Under the pieces are notes generated by a model. That model had not been told where the DNA came from. It saw only the letters and a program-made list of their open reading frames with translations, and made no database searches. From Planctomycetota bacterium (GTDB lineage Bacteria > Planctomycetota > UBA8742 > UBA2392): a stretch of DNA of 64,000 nucleotides. This document shows, piece after piece, positions 9,396 through 19,300 of this stretch. A program made the position numbers and the translations under genes. Position 1 is the stretch's first letter. Every line of letters starts with the position of its first letter. The stretch lies in contig JAHBYA010000002.1 of the NCBI GenBank assembly GCA_019636195.1, forward strand, positions 18,311-82,310, in the 5' to 3' direction.

Positions 9396-10619
9396 TTACC
9401 GAACCATCTTACGAGTAGAGTCTGGCCGCCTTCTATTACGCACAATCAACCCAAAACAGCCGACCAACACGCAAATTGCCCAGAATCGGCCAGGTGCGCC
9501 AATCGTTGAACAGCCGCCTTCGCCTTGAGCTTCCTTCGATTTCGGTTTTGGCGGCTTCGGTCGCAGGCTGATCACATTACTGCTGACCAGCGGCGGCGTG
9601 GCGATGAAAAAGTCCGCGGCGGCACCCAGCGCGCTGAGCACACCAGTGCGGCTGACCGTAACCTCGCACGATGTCTGCGGCCCGCTGCTGTTGAAATTGA
9701 TGCTGATCCAGAACGCGCGTACCTGCCCGGTGGGGATTGCGGGCACCGTGCCCGCGTCAAACGTAACCGTGATGACGCTGCCCGCCACCGACCACGCCGC
9801 AACATCTGACGGCGTGCGGGCCTGGATCAACACTTCGCCGCTGCCGGGCTCAAAGGCGCTGTCTCCGTCGTCCTGCCACAGCGCAAGCCGCGTCACAGCC
9901 GCCGTGTCCAGCGAGCTTGGCAGCGTCACTGACGCACTGATAGTCGCCAGTTGAATACCCGACAGCTGACCGGGCGGCGTCGGGTTCAGGCTTTCGACAA
10001 TGAAGTGAAGTGCTGCCACGTTGGTCGCGCCGAAGCTGACCGTGCGCGGCGAAGTCGGGTTGCCGGTGCCCGGCTGCAACCGGTTCTCGCTGTGGCGGAT
10101 GGTGACTGTATTGGCCTGCACGGGAAACGTGCCCGTTACGCTGTCCGTCAACGGGTCGTCAAGGTCGATGCTGGCGGCTGCGTCAATGCGAAAGCGAAAG
10201 GCCTCGCCGTACGCGGCCGCGTTGGCAGTAACGGTCACCAGCACCTGGACCTCGTGAAACTGGCCCTGCAACGCGGTGAAGGCCTCGGTGAACGTCAGAA
10301 AGTTGTCCGTGCCGTTGGGCGCCTGCGAAGTTGCCAGCTCTTCGGTGGCGTCAAAGATGCCGTTGTGGTCGGCGTCAAAAAACACACGCACGCCTGAAAA
10401 TACAATCGCGGCATTGGCAGCGTTATCAAAGTGCACGGTCAGCGCATTACAAAGCACGTCTCCGCCGCTGGCTTGCGCGACAAATCGGGCCACCTGCATG
10501 TTGGTACTGCCAAGTTGCGTGGCGTACGAGGGCCCGTTTGTGCCAGAGAGGTTTACAGACAGTGACGCGGCGGCCAGCGGGCAGGAAATCAGAAAGGCCA
10601 GAACAATCAGCAGGCGCAT
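9396..10619 (-). CDS. Secreted protein of unknown function with Cys-containing C-terminal sorting signal
   Basis: Start at MRLLIVLAFLISCPLAAAS (signal peptide). C-terminus is ...KPPKPKSKEAQGEGGCSTIGAPGRFWAICVLVGCFGLIVRNRRRP (Gly/Cys motif, TM helix, Arg cluster). Confidence 0.6.
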   Translation of the reverse strand: MRLLIVLAFLISCPLAAASLSVNLSGTNGPSYATQLGSTNMQVARFVAQASGGDVLCNALTVHFDNAANAAIVFSGVRVFFDADHNGIFDATEELATSQAPNGTDNFLTFTEAFTALQGQFHEVQVLVTVTANAAAYGEAFRFRIDAAASIDLDDPLTDSVTGTFPVQANTVTIRHSENRLQPGTGNPTSPRTVSFGATNVAALHFIVESLNPTPPGQLSGIQLATISASVTLPSSLDTAAVTRLALWQDDGDSAFEPGSGEVLIQARTPSDVAAWSVAGSVITVTFDAGTVPAIPTGQVRAFWISINFNSSGPQTSCEVTVSRTGVLSALGAAADFFIATPPLVSSNVISLRPKPPKPKSKEAQGEGGCSTIGAPGRFWAICVLVGCFGLIVRNRRRPDSTRKMVR

Positions 10620-10917
10620 CAGGACTCCAGCGGGGACAAAAACGGGGCGGTTTGGATTGTAGCGGCAAAGGCGCTGGCTGGAACCGGCGGCGAACGACAC
10701 ACGGCGACACCAGAAGAGCCCTCAGGCGGCCAAGGCTTGAATGAAGGGCTTGCCGGGCTTCTGGCCCCAGCCCGGCCCAACTGGACATAACATCGATTAT
10801 CGGACGTAGGGCATCGGGCCGCCGCGACTTCGGCAAGGTAAGCAACCGGCCACGCCTTTCAGCCAGATGATCTCTGCCGTCAAGGTGCCGCGGGTCGATT
10901 GAGGCCCTGCATCGCGT

Positions 10918-11376
10918 TTATAGGTCAAATCTGGCGATCAGCGGCAACCGGTACTCAACAGACCTGCGCGCCAGGGTTCGCAGGACAGCCAGCCCCGGCA
11001 TTTCCGGCAACCCAGCCAGCGACTTGGCCAGTTCGTTACTGGCGCCCACGCAAACCAGTTCTTCGCGCAGGTCGCGTACCTCAAACAGAAAGTCGTGATC
11101 GCCGGGAAGCCACAGGCTTGGCTTGACCAGTTGCTCGGGCTGTCCTGCCGCCCGGCACAGTGCTTGCCAATCGCTATCCCCTACGGCTGCGTCATCGAAA
11201 GGCGCTGTGGGGGACTCATCCCAGTCCAGTGGATGGGGGAGTTCCTTGTTCAGCCAGTGTCGCCAGGCGCTGACGGCGCCGGAGATAACCTCGGGGTCAG
11301 TCTCGCGCTGCAAGTCCCCCACGCCGCCAATCCGGGCGTAGAAGCGGGCCAAGCTGCCGAGGTAAAAGTGCGGCAT
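10918..11376 (-). CDS. Hypothetical protein (152 aa)
   Basis: ORF only, with no recognisable motif. Lies immediately downstream of the HNH gene on the same strand. Confidence 0.4.
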   Translation of the reverse strand: MPHFYLGSLARFYARIGGVGDLQRETDPEVISGAVSAWRHWLNKELPHPLDWDESPTAPFDDAAVGDSDWQALCRAAGQPEQLVKPSLWLPGDHDFLFEVRDLREELVCVGASNELAKSLAGLPEMPGLAVLRTLARRSVEYRLPLIARFDL

Positions 11377-11385
11377 GAGGGCAGC

Positions 11386-11883
11386 TTACTTCCATAGAAC
11401 CTTTTGTCCGCGCTTGAGGTCAAACGTGATGCCGCCGGACCACAGCCGCTGCTGAACGTCGTACTCGGCATGGCAGAACTGGCACAGTGCCGCCAGGTTC
11501 TCGTCGGCGCAGTTGGCTGGGTCGTGGTCAAGGTGCGCGGTTTGAAGGATCACCACAGCTGGCCGCAACTGCGGAATCTTCCCGCCGTGCCGGATCACGT
11601 ACTTCCACCAGTAGTCGCGGGGCCACGGCAGCGGGCCGGGCAGGCGCTTGCCGTTGCGGTCGCGCCACTGCCCGTCCTCGCCGGCCCAGCAGTTTTCGGC
11701 GCCGACGGTGACCTTTGCGCCGTGCGGCTTGGCGCAGAACTCGCACACGCCGCCCGCACGCATGAAGCGGATACGGTCGCTGATCAATGACCAGTTACCG
11801 GGATACTTGCGCTTTTGCGCCCTGCGGCGACGTTCAACAATGTCCATGAGTCCCCCACGCCAGTTTAGATTCGTGAGCGACAC
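11386..11883 (-). CDS. HNH endonuclease family protein
   Basis: CEFC ... HLDHDPANCADENLAALCQFCH gives the H-N-H/zinc-finger arrangement. The start may be the internal MDIVERRRRAQ. Confidence 0.6.
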   Translation of the reverse strand: MSLTNLNWRGGLMDIVERRRRAQKRKYPGNWSLISDRIRFMRAGGVCEFCAKPHGAKVTVGAENCWAGEDGQWRDRNGKRLPGPLPWPRDYWWKYVIRHGGKIPQLRPAVVILQTAHLDHDPANCADENLAALCQFCHAEYDVQQRLWSGGITFDLKRGQKVLWK

Positions 11884-11924
11884 GCGCGTTTGACTTCACC
11901 CCGCCGGGTGGTACGTTTCTGGGC

Positions 11925-12803
11925 ATGTTCCGTGGCGCGATAACCGCAATCGTTACGCCCTTCAAAGCCGACTACAGCATCGACTTTGATGCGCTGGACC
12001 GCTTGATCGACTTTCAGCTTGAGCAGGGCATCGAAGGCATCATTCCCTGCGGCAGCACCGGCGAAGCCATTACCCAGACCCTGGAAGAACGCTGCGCGGT
12101 CATTGAGCACACGGTCAAGCGCGTCAGTGAGCGCGTGCCGGTGCTCGCAGGCACGGGTGGCTCCAGCACTGCGGAAGTCGTTGAGGCAACCGCGCGCGCC
12201 CGCAAGCTGGGCGCCGATGGCGCGCTGATCAACACGCCGGCGTACAACCGGCCACAGCAGGAGGGCCTGTACCTGCACTACGCAGCCGTTGCAAAGGCAA
12301 CGCCGGGCTTTCCGATCATGTTGTACAACATCCCGGGCCGCACAGCCGTCAACATGAACACTGAGGTCATGGTGCGCCTGTGCAACGACTATCCCCAGAG
12401 CTTTGTGGCCTACAAAGACGCGACCGCCAACCTGAAACAGACCGAAGAAGTGCTGCGCCTGACGCCCTTGGTTGTCCTGTCAGGCGACGACGGCTTGACG
12501 TTGCCGATGATCAGCATGGGCGCGCAAGGGATTGTCAGCGTGGTCGCCAACGTGGCCCCCAAGGCGATCCGGCAGCTCAGCGACCTGTCGCGCGCCGGCA
12601 AGCTGAAGGAAGCAGCAGCGTTGAATCACAAGCTGGCGCCGCTGATTGACGCGTGCTTCGTTGAAAGCAACCCCGTGCCCTCCAAGGCCGCGCTGCACCT
12701 AATGGGCAAGTGCGGGCCGACCGCGCGCCTGCCGCTGGCGCCCATCAGCGAAAAGAGCCTCGCGGTCGTCCGCAAGGCCCTTTCGGATTTCGCCATCCTT
12801 TAA
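11925..12803 (+). CDS. dapA: 4-hydroxy-tetrahydrodipicolinate synthase
   Basis: 292 aa with N-terminal GAITAIVTPF and the conserved DapA fold motifs (GIIPCGSTGE, ...YNIPGRT...). Confidence 0.9.
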   Translation: MFRGAITAIVTPFKADYSIDFDALDRLIDFQLEQGIEGIIPCGSTGEAITQTLEERCAVIEHTVKRVSERVPVLAGTGGSSTAEVVEATARARKLGADGALINTPAYNRPQQEGLYLHYAAVAKATPGFPIMLYNIPGRTAVNMNTEVMVRLCNDYPQSFVAYKDATANLKQTEEVLRLTPLVVLSGDDGLTLPMISMGAQGIVSVVANVAPKAIRQLSDLSRAGKLKEAAALNHKLAPLIDACFVESNPVPSKAALHLMGKCGPTARLPLAPISEKSLAVVRKALSDFAIL

Positions 12804-15800
12804 TCAGTCGCGCCGCTTGCGCAGCCATGCCAGCAGGCCGAGCACCGCCAGGCTCCAGGCTGCGCCGCCGGTCAGCGTGCAACCGCCGCCGCCACCGCTC
12901 TTTTTCTTGCCGCCGCTGGACTTCTTGGGCAACGCGCCGGTCTCATTCACGTGCACGACTACGCGGTCCGTTGCACTGAGGCCGTAGCGGTCAATCACTG
13001 TAAGCTCAAACACTAGCCGGTCGTCCACGGCCGGTGCCGTAAACGTGGGCGTTGCGGTCGTGTCCCCCACCAAGACCACCGGATTTGTACCCCCCACCTG
13101 TGCCCACAGGTAAGTCAGAGCGTCGCCGGTGTTCGGGTCGCTGCTGGCTGTGCCGTCAAGCGTGACCATCGCGCTCCAGACTGCCCCTTGGTCGGGCCCG
13201 GCGTTGGCGACCGGCGGCCGATTGGCCTCAATCGTGACGCGGACAGTATCGGTCGTGAAGTCGCCGCGGTCATCCGTGACGGTAAGCTCGAACTCAAGTT
13301 GCTCGTCCGAAGTGACAGGCAGGGTGCTGAAGCCGGCAAGCATCGTGCCCGCGCCAGCCAGCGTAACCGGCGTGCCTGAGGTTTGCACCCATGAGTAAGT
13401 CAGCGGGTCTGACTCGGCGTCGGTGCTGGCGCTGCCGTCAAGCTGCACCGGGTCGCCGCCCAGCACACCGAAGTCTGCACCCGCGTTGGCGACAGGCGAA
13501 GCATTGTTGCGGACTGTTACCGTAACGCTATCGGTCGTAAACGCGCCTGCGCAATCGCGCACGGTCAGCTGCATGACCACCGGTTCATCCTGGGTGACCC
13601 ACGGCGCCGTGAAGCTGGGGTTGGCAATCGTGGTCGAGTTCAAAGCCAGCGTGACGTTGCCGCTCAGCTGGCTCCACTCGTAGCTGATCGGATCACCATC
13701 GGCATCGCTGCCACTGCCGGAAAGCTGACCGGGAGCGTTTTCGCGAACGTCGAAGTCCGCGCCCGCGTTGCTGCTGGGCGCGTTGTTGGTGCGCACGTCA
13801 AACTCAATTGCCAGGTACTGCAATTCGCCGGTGTTGCTTGCCACGGTGTCCCGGATGCGCACTGTCCATGTCCCGTTCACTGGCAGGCAGTACAGCGCGG
13901 TCATCGGGTCGTCTTCCTGCTTGGTGTCGGGAAACACGGCAATCAGGCTGTACTCGGTATTGAACACGCCATTGTTGGTGGACTTCAATGTTACGGTTGG
14001 TCCCCCACCGGGCGCCTGCAACGTAACAGACAGGTCGCCGCGACGCTGGTGCTTGATGCGGGTGAACACACGCACGCCCGTTATCACGCGCGGGTCGCTG
14101 ACGTTGAAGGTGCGCGTCAAGCCCGCTGTGCTGTTGTCCGGGATCGCCACGGGCGTGCTGCCGTTGACCGCGTCGCCCCGGAAGATCTTTTCCAGGTTGA
14201 CCTGATGGCTGCTGGCGACGACCCAGCCGGTTTCGTCGTTGGGTACGCCGGTTTGCGGGTTGGCCGGCACGCTGGTGCCCTTTACGCGCAAAATCCAGGT
14301 TCCGGTGATCGGATTGTCCACATGCACCAGCTCAAGGTTGTCGCGCTGGTTGGGGCCGTTGTTCGTGAACGCGTAGGTATGGTCGTTGGTGCTCGCGGTG
14401 TTCACGCCGCGCCACGGGTAGTGGATGCCGCCGTTCGGGTCTTCAAGTTCAATGTCGAGGTCATTGACCATGGACACCGCCGCCCCGCTGGTGGCATGCA
14501 CGTCAAGCCACGAGAGCACGATGTGAATCGGGTCAGCGCTTGAGACCGTGAATGTGTACTCCTGCACTTTCCCCGAGCGTGTGGTGCCCCGGAAAATGCG
14601 GCGCCCGCCGGAAGCCTTGTCTGCCAGGATCAGGTCAGAGGCCGCCTGCACGTCCACAATACCGAAGCCGTAGCGATAGTCCGGGCCGGGGTGGTACTTG
14701 TCGCGACAGGTCTGGGCCAGCACCGCGCGCGCGACATCCGGCGAAAACACCTGATCGCTGTGTTCGCGCCGCCACAGTTGCGCCAGCAGCACCACGCTGC
14801 CGCACACCGAAGGCCCGCTCATGCTCGTGCCGCTGGCGGAGTAGTAATTTGTGTTCGAACTGCTGCCGGTGCTGTCCAATGAAACTCCGTTGGCACAAAA
14901 CTGCGGGATCAGCCTGCCGTCCAGTCCCGGGCCGCGGCTGGAAAAGTCGGCGATGTCTTCGTTGTCCTCCGCGGCCGCGATGATGAAACCGTTGCGGTGT
15001 GCATTGGCCGACGGGATCGAGCAGGTGGGGTTGCTGTCGCCAAACGGCTTGGTGCCGGACGGCGAGTAATTCGCATAGTTGCCAGCCGACTGCACCATGC
15101 AACCAAGGATGTCGCGGTTTGTGCGGTCCTTGGTGCGCGTGTCACCGTTGTACGCAGCCCAGGTGGGACTGCTGAAGCTGGCATAGCTGTGATTGTCGGC
15201 AACGTGGTTGAAGTTGTGCTTGGCATCGCGCCGGCGAGCATCAACGCCATTCCACTCATGTACAAGGCAAAGCGCGCGGTACGCATAGCCGCGGGCTGAG
15301 GCGTTGTTGGTGCCGTCGCCGACAATCGTGCCGGTCACGTGGGCGGCATGGCTGTGCAGTGTGCTGTCCATGTTGTGCACGCGGCCGCTGCCCGGCCAGT
15401 TGCTTGGCACGCTTACGCCGGACAGCCCTTGGTACTGCTCATGGGTGCTGCGTGCGACACCGGCGTCAAAGACCGCAGCAACCTGGCCGTTGCCGTCAAG
15501 GTTGTACGGGTTTACGCCGATGATCGCGGGCGTGGCGTTGGCCATGGCCGCGCTGACCTGGTTTGTGGTCTCGGTGTGGCTGCGCGGCGATACGTACTCA
15601 ACCAGCGGACTGGCCAGCAGGCGCTTGAGGCCTTGACCCGTCAAGGAAAGGGTCACGGTCGCGTCGGTGCCGCCCAACTTGCCGTCAACCACAATGGCGC
15701 CCACGTCGTCCAGCAGCACTGCGGCTTGTTCAATGCTCACGTCCGCCCAGAACTCAACGGCATACTCACCGGCCTGATCCTGTTTGGCATAGACGTCCGG

Positions 15801-16259
15801 CGCCATCCGGTCCATCGGCTCAATTGCAAGCGTGCCTTCGACCAGCGTGTCTTTCAGGACTTCCGCGATGCTGTGGTCGCCGACACGAAGAAAGTGAGTG
15901 TGGGGCCACGCGTAGCCGATGAACGACACGCCGCGTGCATCAAGGCGCCGCGCCAGCGCCCGCGTCATGTCACCGCGAAGCTTCAGGGCAAACACTTCCC
16001 CAGTCGGCGGCACGGGGCACTTGCGGTCAGCAAGCACATAGCGCGAGCGCAACATCACGAGCCCGCGAACTTCAACTTCGTTCAGGCCGGCCTCAAAGCG
16101 CGCCTGGGCCTCCAGGTCGTAGGGCTGACCCAGTTCAAGGCTTGATGTCGGTCGCGGGGGCGCCGCCTGCTGGCCGGCGGCCTGATCCACCCGCAAAAGC
16201 GAAAGCACTGCCGCGAACAGCGGCAGCGCACACAACAACATCGCGTTGCGATAACGCAT
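12804..16259 (-). CDS. Secreted subtilisin-like serine protease (S8) with proprotein-convertase P-domain, 4 PKD-like repeats and Gly-rich Cys-containing C-terminal sorting signal
   Basis: Signal peptide MRYRNAMLLCALPLFAAVLS. Catalytic D (AVFDAGV), H (HAAHVTGT) and S (GTSMSGP), plus the P-domain hallmark RRGDLSVTL. Repeats have the form PVANAGADF/DQ...LDGSAS.D.DGD.L.Y.W, ending ...GGGGGCTLTGGAAWSLAVLGLLAWLRKRRD. Confidence 0.85.
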   Translation of the reverse strand: MRYRNAMLLCALPLFAAVLSLLRVDQAAGQQAAPPRPTSSLELGQPYDLEAQARFEAGLNEVEVRGLVMLRSRYVLADRKCPVPPTGEVFALKLRGDMTRALARRLDARGVSFIGYAWPHTHFLRVGDHSIAEVLKDTLVEGTLAIEPMDRMAPDVYAKQDQAGEYAVEFWADVSIEQAAVLLDDVGAIVVDGKLGGTDATVTLSLTGQGLKRLLASPLVEYVSPRSHTETTNQVSAAMANATPAIIGVNPYNLDGNGQVAAVFDAGVARSTHEQYQGLSGVSVPSNWPGSGRVHNMDSTLHSHAAHVTGTIVGDGTNNASARGYAYRALCLVHEWNGVDARRRDAKHNFNHVADNHSYASFSSPTWAAYNGDTRTKDRTNRDILGCMVQSAGNYANYSPSGTKPFGDSNPTCSIPSANAHRNGFIIAAAEDNEDIADFSSRGPGLDGRLIPQFCANGVSLDSTGSSSNTNYYSASGTSMSGPSVCGSVVLLAQLWRREHSDQVFSPDVARAVLAQTCRDKYHPGPDYRYGFGIVDVQAASDLILADKASGGRRIFRGTTRSGKVQEYTFTVSSADPIHIVLSWLDVHATSGAAVSMVNDLDIELEDPNGGIHYPWRGVNTASTNDHTYAFTNNGPNQRDNLELVHVDNPITGTWILRVKGTSVPANPQTGVPNDETGWVVASSHQVNLEKIFRGDAVNGSTPVAIPDNSTAGLTRTFNVSDPRVITGVRVFTRIKHQRRGDLSVTLQAPGGGPTVTLKSTNNGVFNTEYSLIAVFPDTKQEDDPMTALYCLPVNGTWTVRIRDTVASNTGELQYLAIEFDVRTNNAPSSNAGADFDVRENAPGQLSGSGSDADGDPISYEWSQLSGNVTLALNSTTIANPSFTAPWVTQDEPVVMQLTVRDCAGAFTTDSVTVTVRNNASPVANAGADFGVLGGDPVQLDGSASTDAESDPLTYSWVQTSGTPVTLAGAGTMLAGFSTLPVTSDEQLEFELTVTDDRGDFTTDTVRVTIEANRPPVANAGPDQGAVWSAMVTLDGTASSDPNTGDALTYLWAQVGGTNPVVLVGDTTATPTFTAPAVDDRLVFELTVIDRYGLSATDRVVVHVNETGALPKKSSGGKKKSGGGGGCTLTGGAAWSLAVLGLLAWLRKRRD

Positions 16260-16323
16260 GCGTTCCCCAGTTTGCAATTCAAAAGCTACCCGACGGGGCG
16301 CCGCTTGCGCAGCGCCCCGGAAT

Positions 16324-19300
16324 TCATGCCTGACCCCGGCGAGCTACCGCCCGGCTGCAAACCCACGCGCCTGCGGCAAGCGCGATCAGCAACCACAGCA
16401 GGCCCTTGCCGCCATCGGTGCTGCAACCGCCGCCCCCGCCGCCACCCTTGCTGCCGCCGCCGCCTCCCCCACCACCTCCGCCGCCACTGCCGACGAAGAT
16501 TGTGACGGTATCGAAGCTGATGTCATCGCCGTCATCCAGCATCAGCTGGAACACAAGCACATCGTTGACCGACGGGGCCGTGAAGCTCGGGAACTGGGAT
16601 GCTTCGTTTTGGAGCGTAACGACGTTCGCGCCGCCGATCTGCGACCACTGGTAGGTCAACGGGTCGCCATCCGGGTCGCTGCTGGCGCTGCCATCCAACG
16701 TAACCACCGCGCCGGTAGTTACTGTCTGGTCGGGCCCGGCATTGGCCACCGGGGGCGTGTTGGTCGAAACCGGGTTGACCGTGACCACCACGTCGTCCGT
16801 ATCCGATGCGCTGAACGGGTCCGTCACTGTCAGGCGCATCGTGATCAGCGTGGTTGAAAACACCGTCGGCGCCGTGAACGATGGCGTAGCCGTGTTGGCG
16901 CCGCTCAGGAACATGAACGATGACCCGATTTCTGCCCACGAGTATGTCAGCGGATCGCCATTGGGATCAGAACTGCCGGTGCCATTGAGGTTCCCCGGCT
17001 GGCCGGACGTGATCGAAAAGTTTGCCCCGGCGTTGGCTACAGGCGGCTGGTTTGGCGCCGGCACGTCATTGACGGTGATGTTGACGGTGTCAGACGAAAT
17101 GCCGCCGCGCCCGTCGTTGACCACCAGCTGAAACACGCAGATTTGCGTGCTGCCCACGCCCGGCGCCGTGAAGCTCGGCGTCGCGGTCGTCGGGTTGTTG
17201 AGTGTCGCGCTCGGGCCGGAGGTCTGGCTCCATGAGTACGTCAGCGGGTCGCCATCCGGGTCAAAGCTGCCGGTGCCATTGAGGTTCACGAGCGTGCCCT
17301 CATTGACCGACTGGTTCGGGCCAGCCTCGGCGACCGGCGGGTTGTTTGCGCCGCCGGTAACCGTCAGGTCAATCTCGAGCCCCAGCCACTGCAGCGTGCC
17401 CGAGTTGCTGCCGGTCTGGTTGTCGGTGATGATCACTTGCCACGCGCCGCCGGCGGGCTTGCCGATGAAGGCCGTGACGTCGCTGGCGTACTGGCGCGTG
17501 TCGGGATACACCGCCAGCAGGTCGCGGCGGGTGCTGGTACCAAAGTCGTTCAGTGTGACCGTGGTGTTGTCCGGGTGGCGCAGCTGCACTTGCAGGTCCC
17601 CGCGGCGGGTGTGTTTGATGTCCGTGATCAGGCGCACCTGCGCGACGTTGCCGCTGGCAGACACGTTCAGTGTCCGAGTCAAGTTGCCGCTGCCGTTGGG
17701 TATCGCCGCCGGGCTGCCCGTGTTCACGGCGTCTTCTGCCGACACCTTGCTGTGGATGATCTGGTGGTTCAGGCTCGTGACAACAAAACCCGCAACATTG
17801 TTCGGGTTGCCGTTGACATTCGGCGGCAGCAGGGACCCATGCACCTGCACCGTCCAGGTACCGACCGCGGGGCTGCTGATATCTACCAGCTCAAGGTTAT
17901 CGCGCTGGTTGCAGTGCGAGCGACTGAACGCGCTTGTGTTGACGACTCGTGTCCACTGGTGAGTCTGGTTGCCGGTTGCAGTCAGCCCCACCCACGCGTA
18001 GTGGCGCGTGCCTGTGGGCGAGATCAGGACCAGGTCAAGGTCATTGATCAACTTGGTACCTGAGCCGGTGCTGGCGTAAATGTCCAGCCATGACAGCGCA
18101 ACCTTGATCGGGTTGGTGCTGCTGGTAACCGACATCTGCCACTGCACAATGTTGCCTTGGCGCACCTGGCCGCGCACGATGTGACGGCCGCCGCTGCTCT
18201 TGTTCGCCAGCATCAGGTCCGCGGCGTTGCGCACGCGGATACGCCCGAAGCCGTACTGGTAGTCAGGCCCCTGGTTGCCGCTGTCCAGCGCGGTTGCGGC
18301 AAGCACGCCACGCAGCACATCGGGTGACAGGCGCTGCTTGCTGTACTCGCGCTGCCACAACTGGGCCAGCAGCGTGATACCGCCGCAGGCGCTGGGGCTG
18401 GACATGCTGGTGCCGCTGCTGCTGGCGTAGGCGCTGTTGCTGCCGGTGTAAGTGCTGGTAAGGCCCGAGCCATTGGCCTGAAAGTGCGGAATGATGCGCC
18501 CGTCGTTGGTCGGACCGCGCGAACTGAAACTTGAAATGCTGCCGTTGTCGTTCAAAGACCCGATCACGAATGCATTTTTCATGCACGTGTCGTTCGTACA
18601 GGTGTTGCTGCCGCTGCCGCTGTTGCCCGCCGACTTGCACATGTTCACCAGCACGTCGCGAATGTCGATGTCGCTGGACTGCGCGCTGCTGTTGTAGCCG
18701 CCGTTGCTGGTGCTTTCGCCATAGCTGTGGTTGTCTGCCACAATGCGATAGTTATGCACAGCCGTCAGGCGCTGGCTGTTCATGTTGTTCCAGTCGTGGC
18801 TGACGACATAGGCCCGGGGCGCGTAGCCGCGGCCGTTGGCGTTGGCGGTGCCGTCGCCGATGATGGTGCCGGTTACGTGCGTCGGGTGGCTGGACATGCT
18901 GCTGGTGTCCACGCGCAGCACACGCTTTGTGCCGTTGTTGATGGGGCTGGGTGAACTGGCGGCCTGCAATGCAACGTGCGTGTCCAGCGCCGTGCCGCCG
19001 TCCCATACACCCACCACCAACCCGTCGCCTGTCAGGTTGTAGCTGGTGGACGGGCCAACGTCGGAGGCGCCGGCAATGCTGAGCGATGCGCTGACAACAT
19101 TATGGATCACCTTGTGCGGCACCGGCTCAATCCACTCGATGCGCGGGTCGCGGCTTGCAGCCTTCAACTGCGAGGTGGTGAAGCGCACGCCGAAGAAGCG
19201 CACTTCTTCGGGATCGGGCGTGCCGTCGTTCAGCGTTGAACCGAACAGCAGGGGCACTTCACGCTCGTGCAACCAGGCCAGGATTTCCTCGCCGGTAACG

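Noticed and set aside
16406-16654. Poly-proline ORF (PPPPPPLLPPPPPPPPPPP)
   Set aside because: Reverse-complement reading of the GGN repeat encoding the poly-Gly linker of subtilase 2.
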